The notes under the pieces were generated by a model. That model was given only the letters and a program-made list of their open reading frames with translations. It did no database searches and was not told the DNA's origin. Source: a virus. From it: a DNA stretch of 64,000 nucleotides. Below, piece after piece: positions 37,481 to 46,197 of the stretch. The stretch spans positions 1 through 64,000 of IMG/VR virus record IMGVR_UViG_3300047509_000037. The stretch is one strand, 5' to 3'. Position 1 is the first letter of the stretch. Every line of letters begins with the position of its first letter. Made by a program: the position numbers and the translations under genes.

Positions 37481-38669
37481 CGGTTGCTTCCATGAGATGC
37501 AGAATGGCGCTACCGCCGTCATCCGGCATCAAATGATTAACGGAGACATCTGGGTTAGGTGTCTTCGATGCGGCGACACGTGGCACTCCGAGGAGGAGTT
37601 CGCAATGAGCACAGGCACGGGGAAAGCGAAATGCAAACACACTCAGTGGACCACCGACAAGGTGACCGGGGTGAAGATGTGTACGGATTGCGGCACTGAC
37701 CTTGCCAAACATCCGAAGTGCAATCACGCCCTGGCGAAAATCGTCATCGAAAATGGAATGACGAAGACGCAATGTGAGAAGTGCGGAGTGATTGTCACAG
37801 AGGGTCCGGTGCAATCCGTGAAGGTTCCGCTGGGCTATGAGAAGCGATTGCTCCCGATTCCGAACGTGCGCCCCGTCGGACAGTGGGTCAAGGAAGGATT
37901 CGGAGCATTCCAGCCGAAGACACGACAGCAAGCGCAGATTCTCATCGACGAGTGGAACGAAGCATGTCAGACGAACGGCATGAAAGTTGAGTACCGCCTG
38001 CCCGTGGTGAATGTTGACTTACGTTGCAAGAAATGCGATACTCTCGTGAACGAGACGTACAAGGGCGATGTCTGCCTCTCGTGTCACCTTCAGGAGAAAA
38101 TGGCAATGGCGAAAGAACCTAAGGTCTCGAAGTCGAACCCCGATTTTGATATTTACGGAATGCCTGTCTGGAAGACCAAGAACAAACCCGCGTTCAACGT
38201 TAACAGCACTCCGGCGAAACCTGTCACGAAGAAACCAACTCTCATGGTCGTGCCGAAGGCTCCTGTCGTTCACACCGAGGGAGACATCTGGGAATTACCA
38301 CACGTCAATGCTCCGTTTATGAGTAAGCAATGGGCGTACCAAGGCAGCGCATCGACGCCGTATGTCATCACGCACTACCAGACCAAGCGCGATGGCGCGG
38401 TGACGAAAGATGGTTGGGCTTGCTCGTGCATGAATTTTACGCGGAAGACCCCACGCACCGAATGCAAGCACATCCTGAAGACGATGATGAAGAACGGCAC
38501 GAAGCCCACGGCTGATGCGAAGCTGGCGGCGGTACCCGATGAGACCCTGAAGGCGTTCCAGAAGTGGCAGCGCGAACAAGCGGCGGCGGGCGTCCCGGTC
38601 GGTGCGGGCGTCGGCGCTGAGAAGGGCAAGCTGAACATGTTTGAGAACAAGGGGAGGAAAATCCGATGA
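37473..38669 (+). CDS. Multi-Zn-finger protein with SWIM domain and C-terminal GRKIR
   Basis: Several CxxC pairs; WACSCMNF...ECKHI SWIM motif; ends NKGRKIR*. Confidence 0.75.
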   Translation: MSNGCFHEMQNGATAVIRHQMINGDIWVRCLRCGDTWHSEEEFAMSTGTGKAKCKHTQWTTDKVTGVKMCTDCGTDLAKHPKCNHALAKIVIENGMTKTQCEKCGVIVTEGPVQSVKVPLGYEKRLLPIPNVRPVGQWVKEGFGAFQPKTRQQAQILIDEWNEACQTNGMKVEYRLPVVNVDLRCKKCDTLVNETYKGDVCLSCHLQEKMAMAKEPKVSKSNPDFDIYGMPVWKTKNKPAFNVNSTPAKPVTKKPTLMVVPKAPVVHTEGDIWELPHVNAPFMSKQWAYQGSASTPYVITHYQTKRDGAVTKDGWACSCMNFTRKTPRTECKHILKTMMKNGTKPTADAKLAAVPDETLKAFQKWQREQAAAGVPVGAGVGAEKGKLNMFENKGRKIR

Positions 38670-38980
38670 AGCATATCGCAATTTTCAGGGTAGAGGGGTA
38701 CTCCAAAACGGGAACCGACCAGGCTTTCGTCACGGGGAAAGGCGAGGAGTCAGTGACCACGCATCTCAAGGCGGACAGTTGGAATCCCGGCGCACGCATC
38801 GGAGCGTTCACACTGCACTCGCTGGAGAGCAAAGCACCTGAGTGGAAGGATGGTTTCATCGTCACTCTGGAACCGTTGCCACCAAAGCCCGAAGGCGCGG
38901 ACTACACCGGATATCTAAAGCAGGTAATCGCGGAGAAGCTAGACCCAACTCCAGCACCGAGCGGGAGAAAAATCCGATGA
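38666..38980 (+). CDS. Hypothetical protein with C-terminal GRKIR
   Basis: ATGA-coupled; ends PSGRKIR*. Confidence 0.7.
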   Translation: MKHIAIFRVEGYSKTGTDQAFVTGKGEESVTTHLKADSWNPGARIGAFTLHSLESKAPEWKDGFIVTLEPLPPKPEGADYTGYLKQVIAEKLDPTPAPSGRKIR

Positions 38981-39255
38981 CGGACAGAGACGCACTCATT
39001 CAAATCGGCAACCTTGTGGGCGCACCCACGTCGGCATACTTCCCAGAGCAAGAGCGCAAGCAACTGGTGAAACGTCTTCAGGACATCAGCGCCATTGTAC
39101 AGGCCCAGCTAGGCGTTCCGACGCCGCCTGCGAAGCACCCAGACGACACTAGACAGAACCCCGGCATCGGTGCTATATTGAATGGGTCGTTCTATCGTCC
39201 GAGCCGATTCAACAAAATCGACGAGGAAGACAACGGGAGGGACATCGGAAAATGA
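38977..39255 (+). CDS. Hypothetical protein
   Basis: ATGA-coupled (MTDRDALIQIG...). Confidence 0.55.
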   Translation: MTDRDALIQIGNLVGAPTSAYFPEQERKQLVKRLQDISAIVQAQLGVPTPPAKHPDDTRQNPGIGAILNGSFYRPSRFNKIDEEDNGRDIGK

Positions 39256-39390
39256 GCATGTCAGCCAAGGCAGTTCTGGCGCGGTTCGGCGGCAACGTCA
39301 CCGCAGCCTGCGATTATTGCGAAACGATGGCGCGAACCTACGCCAACCTGACCACGGAGTATCGTGGATACCGTGAGGAGATTCTGAGCC

Positions 39391-40305
39391 ATGTCTAAAT
39401 TCCCAAAGCCCATGCTTGCTGAAGCGGTCGAGAACTTCGCCGCTCTCACTTTTCCGAAGATGGCGTCACCGAAACTCGACGGCATTCGTGGCACCGTTCA
39501 CGCGGGCATTCTCCGCTCACGGTCACTGAAAGATATTCCGAACGTTCACGTGCAGAAGAAATTCGCGGGACTCCGCGAAGGGCTGGATGGTGAGTTCATC
39601 GTCGGTGACCCGTATGGTCCTGAGGTCTACGACCGCACTCGCCGCGTCATCATGGAGTCGGGTAAGAAGACCAACGCGGACGACGTTCGCTACTACGTCT
39701 TTGATTCCCAGCCTCAGGATGACGCGCTGCCTTTTCACGTGCGCTACGACTCCCTGCCGAACGCAGCCGCCGGGAAGACGGATGTCATCGTCGTGCCCCA
39801 CATTGTTATAAGTAACTTGGAAGAACTGGAGCAATACGAGAACGCGATGTTGTCGAAGGGCTTCGAGGGCGTCATGCTCCGTGACCCTGTCGGACCCTAC
39901 AAGCACGGTCGGTCCACCGAAGCGGAGGGCTGGCTTGTGAAGGTGAAGCGTTACGTCGATGACGAGTGCCGCGTGCTCTCGTGCTACGAGGAGATGGGGA
40001 ACAACAACGAATCGTTCACCAACGAACTTGGACGCACCGCACGGTCAGCATCGAAGGCTGGCAAGACTGGCAATGACACGCTGGGCGGATTCAACGCCGT
40101 CGGTCTCACCGGGAAGTACAAGGGCGTCGAGTTCCAAGTCGCGGTCTCCAGCCTGAAGCACCCAGAGCGCAAAGCAATCTGGGACACGCGTGATGAACAG
40201 GTCGGAAAGATTCTGACCTACAAGTGGTTCCCAATCGGTAGCGAAGAAAAACCACGTCACCCGATGTTCAAAAACTGGCGAGAAGTCATAGATATGAGCG
40301 AATGA
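39391..40305 (+). CDS. ATP-dependent DNA ligase
   Basis: KPMLA, motif I SPKLDGIR, LDGE, YYVFD, EGVMLR, KVK, PRHP. Confidence 0.9.
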   Translation: MSKFPKPMLAEAVENFAALTFPKMASPKLDGIRGTVHAGILRSRSLKDIPNVHVQKKFAGLREGLDGEFIVGDPYGPEVYDRTRRVIMESGKKTNADDVRYYVFDSQPQDDALPFHVRYDSLPNAAAGKTDVIVVPHIVISNLEELEQYENAMLSKGFEGVMLRDPVGPYKHGRSTEAEGWLVKVKRYVDDECRVLSCYEEMGNNNESFTNELGRTARSASKAGKTGNDTLGGFNAVGLTGKYKGVEFQVAVSSLKHPERKAIWDTRDEQVGKILTYKWFPIGSEEKPRHPMFKNWREVIDMSE

Positions 40306-40332
40306 TGTACGACCCAAAGACCCACAAGTTTG

Positions 40333-40362
40333 TTGACAAAGCCAGAGCCGCCGTGGTAGGCT
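40333..40362 (+). promoter_or_regulatory. Promoter probably producing a leaderless recombinase mRNA
   Basis: TTGACA-18nt-(TG)TAGGCT, 7 nt before ATG 40370; no SD. Confidence 0.5.
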
Positions 40363-40369
40363 TGTAGGC

Positions 40370-40876
40370 ATGTTGAAATCAATGACACGCGAAGAACTGG
40401 ACAGGCTGCTCGAAGTCGCCAAGCAAGAGTCCTTCATGGACTACCTGATGATGCTCGTGACGTTTCTCCACGGGCTTCGAGTCTCCGAGACGTTGTCGCT
40501 GACAAAAGACAACATCGTCAACGGCTACATCGTCGTGAAGCGCGGCAAGGGTTCGCACAAATGCGAACATCCCCTCTTACTCACGCCGAGCGAAGCCGAG
40601 CACCTGTCCAGTATCGAAGGCAAGTTCTTCACGATGTCGCGCATCACGTTCTGGCGCAGGATGCAGAAATACGGTGCGACCGCTGGGCTGGCTCCATACC
40701 TGAGGCACCCGCACACGCTGAAGCACACGTGCGGCAGGCTGGGGTTTAAGGGCGGCATGACGGTGCCCGACCTCGTCGAGTGGCTTGGTCACAAGAATCC
40801 AGCGATGGCTCTGGTGTATTCCGCCAGTGATATTGACACGGCGTCACGAGCGTTCGCCGCTGCGGTGGGACGCTGA
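40370..40876 (+). CDS. Minimal tyrosine recombinase (catalytic domain only, FimB/XerC-like)
   Basis: HGLRVSE, KRGK, HPHTLKH, LGH...Y; no N-terminal core-binding domain. Confidence 0.8.
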   Translation: MLKSMTREELDRLLEVAKQESFMDYLMMLVTFLHGLRVSETLSLTKDNIVNGYIVVKRGKGSHKCEHPLLLTPSEAEHLSSIEGKFFTMSRITFWRRMQKYGATAGLAPYLRHPHTLKHTCGRLGFKGGMTVPDLVEWLGHKNPAMALVYSASDIDTASRAFAAAVGR

Positions 40877-41079
40877 TGGACGGCTTGGCGTGGTTGCTCA
40901 AAGACATGAAGCCTATGCCGCCGGAAGTGAAAGAGGCATACAAGGGGACTGAGTTCACGTGTGAGTGCGGCGGGATGGTCATCCCGCAAACGATGGATGA
41001 CGGCATCTGCTTTTCTTGCAAAGCAATTCTGAAACTCGCGGAATGCGAATACGAGGAGGCTAACGATGACACCACCTAA
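40876..41079 (+). CDS. Small Cys-containing protein
   Basis: CECGG...CFSC. Confidence 0.45.
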   Translation: MDGLAWLLKDMKPMPPEVKEAYKGTEFTCECGGMVIPQTMDDGICFSCKAILKLAECEYEEANDDTT

Positions 41080-42118
41080 AGGGCGCTACGCATGGTTTGG
41101 ACCGGACGAACCCGTACACCGGGAGAAGTCGCAAATTCCGTGGGGGAGAGCAATCATCTGGTTTATTCTTGCGGCGCTGGCGGTCTGGGCGGTAGATGCC
41201 CACGGGCAAGAAAGGCTCTATGACATCGAAGACGGCACAACAGCGGTATCTCCATTCACCCAGGGGTCGAGCGGCGACCGACCGGAGACATGCGCGGTAT
41301 CGCACGCGACCCAAGAACAAGTTTCGCATCTACCAGTATCGTGCGACCCGTCTTCTCAAGGTGGAATTTTCTTTGGGGTTCGAGCATTTCTGCAATCTGA
41401 TTGCACAAGCGTGCCGTTACTGTGGAGACCCTGCGACGGGGATAGACCGACTCAACAACGCCGAAGGCTACACCGCGACGAACAGCGTCCCCTGTTGCGG
41501 GATGTGCAATCGCATGAAACTCAAATGGGGCGAGGACTTGTTTCTTGCTCAAATCGAGAAGATTTATCGGCATCGGTTCATGCCGTCGCCTGTGCAATCG
41601 CTAGAACTGAAGGCTTCTTTACCAAGAGAACAAAACCCAATCGCTACAACAATCCGGGGGACATCCGAGGGTTTGGCGAGACGCGATACGCCGGGGAGAT
41701 TGGACGAGACCGATTCGGTTATGTGATTTTTAAGTCCTCAGCGTTCGGCTGGGCTGCATTGACGCGGAACCTCCAGCGCATCGTGGACGGCACGAGCACG
41801 TACTACTCGACCGACCCGACGTTCGCAGAGATTGCGAAGGCATACGCGACCGACAAACGGTGGGGCAAGAGCGTGTGCAAGATTCTCCAAATCAATCCGC
41901 GAGCAACGATGCGGGAGTACCTTGGGCTGGCTCCACTGGTGAGGATGACATGGAACTCAAATGCGGACATCTTGAAGCGCATACTTGCACCGCTTGCGGA
42001 CAGTGTCGGGCTTGTCGCCACACCTACGTTGAGCGTGCGGACGGGTGGGTTTGGTGTCGGTGTCCTAATCTCAGATGGAGGCGGGTATTACAAATCCGAA
42101 ACATATCAACGACCGTAA
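41066..42118 (+). CDS. Membrane-anchored lysozyme-like (NNPG-type) protein, read through an inserted HNH cassette
   Basis: N-terminal TM/signal; C-terminal AIARTEG...RYNNPGDIR...F...GWAAL...AYA; middle is the alternative frame of an HNH gene. Confidence 0.55.
   Translation: MTPPKGRYAWFGPDEPVHREKSQIPWGRAIIWFILAALAVWAVDAHGQERLYDIEDGTTAVSPFTQGSSGDRPETCAVSHATQEQVSHLPVSCDPSSQGGIFFGVRAFLQSDCTSVPLLWRPCDGDRPTQQRRRLHRDEQRPLLRDVQSHETQMGRGLVSCSNREDLSASVHAVACAIARTEGFFTKRTKPNRYNNPGDIRGFGETRYAGEIGRDRFGYVIFKSSAFGWAALTRNLQRIVDGTSTYYSTDPTFAEIAKAYATDKRWGKSVCKILQINPRATMREYLGLAPLVRMTWNSNADILKRILAPLADSVGLVATPTLSVRTGGFGVGVLISDGGGYYKSETYQRP
41220..41726 (+). CDS. HNH-like endonuclease nested in another frame of the 41066 ORF
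   Basis: CRYCGDPATGIDRLNNAEGYTATNSVPCCGMCNRMK. Confidence 0.8.
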   Translation: MTSKTAQQRYLHSPRGRAATDRRHARYRTRPKNKFRIYQYRATRLLKVEFSLGFEHFCNLIAQACRYCGDPATGIDRLNNAEGYTATNSVPCCGMCNRMKLKWGEDLFLAQIEKIYRHRFMPSPVQSLELKASLPREQNPIATTIRGTSEGLARRDTPGRLDETDSVM

Positions 42119-42611
42119 ACGAAACACATGTCTTCGATGCGCCCAAACTTTCTTAACGTACTTTCGATTAGAGAGTGGACGATACCTGAATTGCGCGAAT
42201 CGAAAACTGTGTTTCGAGTGCAACCCTTTGAAGTCCGGCAAACACTACGCAGAAAGAACACCCGCCTGCGAGAAATGTGGTGCGACAGAACCTAGCGGGA
42301 AATGGTGTGACTCTTGCTACCGGAATCAACGACGGTGGGCACACAAACGTCGCGCAGTGGAACTGTTGGGCGGCAAATGTAATCGCTGCTCGTGGTCAGG
42401 ACACATCGCAGGTTATGACTTCCATCATCCTGCGGACGATAAAGAATTTACGCCGAGCCAGATGCTATCTTTCAGTTGGGAGAAATTCTGGAGTGAGGCG
42501 CAGAAGTGCGAACTACTCTGTGCGATTTGCCATCGCATCGAACACTCAAAATTCGAGGAGGAGCCACATGAAGGGATTGAAGGAAGCAACCAAGAACCTC
42601 AAGCTAGTTGA
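42075..42611 (+). CDS. HNH endonuclease with Zn fingers
   Basis: LLGGKCNRC...YDFHH...KCELLCAICHRIEH. Confidence 0.75.
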   Translation: MEAGITNPKHINDRKRNTCLRCAQTFLTYFRLESGRYLNCANRKLCFECNPLKSGKHYAERTPACEKCGATEPSGKWCDSCYRNQRRWAHKRRAVELLGGKCNRCSWSGHIAGYDFHHPADDKEFTPSQMLSFSWEKFWSEAQKCELLCAICHRIEHSKFEEEPHEGIEGSNQEPQAS

Positions 42612-42774
42612 CACCGACGCGATTGCCGCGAAGGGGAAGCTGGCATACCGGATGGGCATCGAACGCCGGAACAACCCGGAGAACACACCGACCGCACGCA
42701 CCGTGTGGGAGCGTGGCTGGGATGCGGCGAAGGTCGAGTTCGAGGCGATGCAACTCCGCTGGAAATCTCTGTAA
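42568..42774 (+). CDS. Ribosome modulation factor (Rmf)-fold-like small protein
   Basis: GAGGAG RBS; KGKLAYRMG..R.NNP......VWERGW pattern. Confidence 0.5.
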   Translation: MKGLKEATKNLKLVDTDAIAAKGKLAYRMGIERRNNPENTPTARTVWERGWDAAKVEFEAMQLRWKSL

Positions 42775-42806
42775 ACCGTTTCACAATTAGGTGACGACCT
42801 ACGTCG

Positions 42807-43154
42807 ATGTATTGGAGTTCACAATGGGAAACGATTCTGTTTCTGCTTTTCCTCGTGTCGCGCACGGGGAGAAAATTCGGAGTAATTTTGGGCATCTATC
42901 AGAAGAACCACTACGACCGACGCATGGTCGAATACCAGCGGTTGAAGTCTAAGCCGTGTCGAGATTGCAAGAAAAAGTTTCATCCGGTGTGCATGGATTG
43001 GGACCATCGACCACGCACAAAGAAACTCGCAGATGTCTCACGTTTGGTCATCGCCCGCTGTTCGTGGAAGCGTGTCCTTGCGGAGATTAGAAAGTGTGAC
43101 CTCGTGTGCGCGAACTGCCACAGACTTCGCACGTTCAGAAGGGAACAATACTAA
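42807..43154 (+). CDS. HNH endonuclease
   Basis: PCRDC...MDWDH...KCDLVCANCHRLRT. Confidence 0.75.
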   Translation: MYWSSQWETILFLLFLVSRTGRKFGVILGIYQKNHYDRRMVEYQRLKSKPCRDCKKKFHPVCMDWDHRPRTKKLADVSRLVIARCSWKRVLAEIRKCDLVCANCHRLRTFRREQY

Positions 43155-43321
43155 TATGCCTTGGGACGATTCTTTAAGTGCGGTCCACAACGATGACACG
43201 AAAGTCGTTGGTCGCGCACTCAACGCAGTAAACTTTATCGAAGTCGATTGGGAAGCCGTCGAACGCCGGAACGCCGGATACCTCGCGGTCAACATCGCCA
43301 ACAGCCGAAAGCGAGAACAAG

Positions 43322-43609
43322 ATGCCAAGTAAAAAGCGCAAGCTGCTACAAGCTGAAATCGAATACCTCGACCCGCTCAACTGCGGCTCGACACTCGGCT
43401 ACAACATCGTCGACGGTCGCCGGGGACTCTATGGCGACGTGGACATCACTGATTGCAATCGCAAGGTGACGTGGAACTTCAGCGTCAGCGACGAGAATCC
43501 GCTGGCGAAAATCGACTGTGCTATCGGTCTGCTCATTCGATTCCGGTCGAAGCTGGACCTAGAACTTTCCAAGGCGAAGAAGCGCCGCCCGCGAAAACCG
43601 AGGGCTTGA
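43322..43609 (+). CDS. Hypothetical protein
   Basis: ITDCNRKVTW motif; coupled to the upstream gene. Confidence 0.55.
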   Translation: MPSKKRKLLQAEIEYLDPLNCGSTLGYNIVDGRRGLYGDVDITDCNRKVTWNFSVSDENPLAKIDCAIGLLIRFRSKLDLELSKAKKRRPRKPRA

Positions 43610-43643
43610 CACGCGTGGTATACTAGTGTCTGGAGGATTTCTC

Positions 43644-43919
43644 ATGGACAAAGAAAAATCGGTCAAGGTCGTCACGCTCGAAGGCACATTCCCTGAACTG
43701 GTCGTGAAGCACGTGTACCAGCAAGGGCGGGGCACCGGGAGCAACATCCGTGCCGCTGCCGCCGCTGCCATTCGGGATTTGATGAGTAAGCCGGGATTGA
43801 AAGCCCGCCGCATCACATCTGCGAAGTTGACAATGAGCATTGGAACGCGTATAGTCGATTCAGTCGAATCCACGGAGGGCACCAATGTCGCTGATGGTCT
43901 ACAAAAATCGAACGGTTGA
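43644..43919 (+). CDS. Hypothetical protein
   Basis: GGAGG RBS. Confidence 0.6.
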   Translation: MDKEKSVKVVTLEGTFPELVVKHVYQQGRGTGSNIRAAAAAAIRDLMSKPGLKARRITSAKLTMSIGTRIVDSVESTEGTNVADGLQKSNG

Positions 43920-44394
43920 AGTCATCGAAACGTCCGGCTCGTTGTCCAAGATTAACGACGACGGCAACGAGTACAGCGTGAAAACCGCCAGCCTCAAGGC
44001 ACCGAAGACGCCCCGGCGTCCCAAGAGCCTGAACATCGTCACCATCACGGAGAGCATGAAGCCCTTTGTGACATATCTGCTCACCGCTCAGGCGAAGACC
44101 TTGCTCACGCTGGAAGCACAGTGTGAGGAGATGGACTTCGCGGTTCGCAAACAGTACACCGCTCTGACGGGCGGCGACGAACTGGTCGAGGGTGCGGGCT
44201 ACCACGTCGCGCCGGAGTCAGCCAAGAAAGAAGGCTGCGAGGGTAGTGTCACATTCGTCATGCCAACCGACGAGTCCATCATCACACCGGAGATTACCGC
44301 CATGATGACACAGCGTCCCGGTCTCATCAACCGAATCGGTTTCGTGTGGGCTTTGGTCGAAGCCGGATTCAAGGTGGCGCGGGTTCTCGGATAG
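43885..44394 (+). CDS. Hypothetical protein
   Basis: GGAGG RBS. Confidence 0.65.
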   Translation: MSLMVYKNRTVEVIETSGSLSKINDDGNEYSVKTASLKAPKTPRRPKSLNIVTITESMKPFVTYLLTAQAKTLLTLEAQCEEMDFAVRKQYTALTGGDELVEGAGYHVAPESAKKEGCEGSVTFVMPTDESIITPEITAMMTQRPGLINRIGFVWALVEAGFKVARVLG

Positions 44395-44401
44395 GAGTCG
44401 C

Positions 44402-45475
44402 ATGGCTCTCAAGATTCACAAATACCCGGACCTGTCGGGACCTCTGTACCATTACAACAATAGCGTCAAGCTGAGATTCAGCCCGAAGCACTGGCTCTAT
44501 CTGCTCGAAGGTGCCGACGGTTCCCTGACTCCAATCTCCGGCGTCACGAATACGCTGAAGATTGTGGACAAGAGTCAGGCACTCATCGGCTGGGCGACTC
44601 GGCTGTTCATGGAGAAAGCCGTCGCGCTTCTTCAAGAGTGTCGCCGGGGAAACATGGTCGAGGTCGAGTACGAAGACTTGATTACGATTTTGATGAAGGC
44701 GAAGGACGAGCACCGCAACGTGCTCGAAGCGGCGGGAGACACCGGACACAGCGCACACGCGTTCGTCGAATCTCTCATCCGTGCGACCGCAGTCGAAGAC
44801 GAGAACCGTCGGCTGGAGATACTGGCGAAGTTCCCTGAGGATGAGCGTGCATCGAACGCGGCTATCGCGTGCTTGGCGTTCTTCGCGGAGCACAACGTCC
44901 GGTACATCGCGGCGGAGCAACGCGTCTTCTCACTGGAGTGGTTAGTCGCGGGGATGATGGACGGCGACGTTCTGATGGACTCGTGCGACGATGCCGACTG
45001 TCCCTGCCAGCAACACGCACCGTTCAAGGACAGGCGCATGGTGCTGGATTTGAAGACCAGCAACCAAGTCGTAGCGACGTACTTCGCGCAAGCGAATTTC
45101 TATTGGAAGGCGAAGGTCGAGGAGTTCCCCGACACCAAGTTTGACGGTGTCGTCATCCTCAGGCTGGGCAAAGACGACGCGGCTGAGTTCGAGCCGTGGA
45201 TTCACTTCGGAGACGAAGCGCACGAGCGGCATCTGCGGTTCTTCAAGCGGGCACTGGACCTGAAGCAATCGGTCGAAGAAGTCGAAGGCGAGATGAAGTC
45301 GGTCAAGGCAGCCCTACGCGCTAAGGCGCAGGCGGCGAAGGACGCGGCGATGCGTATCGCGTGCCCCAAGGCGAAGGTCTATAAGGGCAGCCGCAAGAGC
45401 AAGTGCTTCGACGACGGCACACAATGTGAGGCGTGCGCGAAGATTTACTTGACAGCCAATAGCACGAAAGTGTAG
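44402..45475 (+). CDS. PD-(D/E)XK exonuclease (Cas4/RecB-like)
   Basis: SGVTNTL...L..WA, G...H...E, AGMMDG, LDLKTS, Q..FY; C-terminal Cys cluster. Confidence 0.8.
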   Translation: MALKIHKYPDLSGPLYHYNNSVKLRFSPKHWLYLLEGADGSLTPISGVTNTLKIVDKSQALIGWATRLFMEKAVALLQECRRGNMVEVEYEDLITILMKAKDEHRNVLEAAGDTGHSAHAFVESLIRATAVEDENRRLEILAKFPEDERASNAAIACLAFFAEHNVRYIAAEQRVFSLEWLVAGMMDGDVLMDSCDDADCPCQQHAPFKDRRMVLDLKTSNQVVATYFAQANFYWKAKVEEFPDTKFDGVVILRLGKDDAAEFEPWIHFGDEAHERHLRFFKRALDLKQSVEEVEGEMKSVKAALRAKAQAAKDAAMRIACPKAKVYKGSRKSKCFDDGTQCEACAKIYLTANSTKV

Positions 45476-45478
45476 TAT
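45449..45478 (+). promoter_or_regulatory. Sigma70-like promoter
   Basis: TTGACA-18nt-TAGTAT. Confidence 0.5.
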
Positions 45479-45485
45479 TGAAAGA

Positions 45486-45713
45486 GTGGAGGGACACATG
45501 ACTATCGGCAAAGTAGGGAACATAGCAGTCAGCGGAGTGGTCGAAATTGCGCAGCGGTACGAAGCTGCTGGTAACCGTCGTATCGCGTGTCAAGCCGCAA
45601 TCGACGAGTACCTCGACCGTCCTGAGTACAAAAAACTTTGCAAGGCTTTGCGGGATGCCGACGCTGCATGGCGTGCGGCAGGAGCCGAATATGAAACTGG
45701 TCGTTTGGTCTAA
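45486..45713 (+). CDS. Hypothetical protein
   Basis: GGAGG RBS (true start probably the ATG at 45498). Confidence 0.5.
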   Translation: MEGHMTIGKVGNIAVSGVVEIAQRYEAAGNRRIACQAAIDEYLDRPEYKKLCKALRDADAAWRAAGAEYETGRLV

Positions 45714-45725
45714 CGGGAGGGATAC

Positions 45726-46022
45726 ATGACTTTTGCAAAGGATGCACTCAGGCAGGCGAAGCGCCTTACACGCAAAGAGCGCAACAAGGCGGGCAAGCTG
45801 GCGAAAGCCGCTGCACGTGAAGCTGCTACCAAGATTCCCACCATCGAAGTTCCCCCGGTGCCGCGTAGTGTTTCGTCGCTGGCATTTCTGGGCGGCAAGC
45901 AGTACCGCCAGCACGGTCTGAGCATGAAGAACCGCCCCGGCAATCACATGCTGCACGAGGAAGCGGAAGCTGAGAACCACGCACGTTCACTGACGGCGTA
46001 TCAACCGAGCGCGGAGTTATAA
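45726..46022 (+). CDS. Basic hypothetical protein
   Basis: GGAGG RBS. Confidence 0.6.
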   Translation: MTFAKDALRQAKRLTRKERNKAGKLAKAAAREAATKIPTIEVPPVPRSVSSLAFLGGKQYRQHGLSMKNRPGNHMLHEEAEAENHARSLTAYQPSAEL

Positions 46023-46197
46023 ATAAAATGAACTTCTTCAAATACATGCGACCAGAGAACGAAAAAATTTCTTCTATCCTGTTCGCCATGCTTGACAACA
46101 AGGATGTGCGTCCGGTAATCTGGAAGAAGGTTAAGCACGTGACCGCCGGGGGTCAACCCGATGGTCGATTCGCATAGCCTCTGAGGAGGGACACATC

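Noticed and set aside
22521-38980. GRKIR as a by-product of SD + ATGA overlap (GGAGGAAAATCCGATGA)
   Set aside because: Explains at most three or four copies. The 30458 copy (GGT CGT AAA ATT CGC TAG) has no SD and no overlapping gene, and codons vary. Kept only as a partial alternative.
43607-43624. TTGACA...TATACT promoter
   Set aside because: The spacer is far shorter than 16-18 nt, so it is not a standard sigma70 promoter.
44402-45475. Cas4 as part of a CRISPR system
   Set aside because: Stand-alone phage PD-(D/E)XK nuclease with no cas genes or array nearby.
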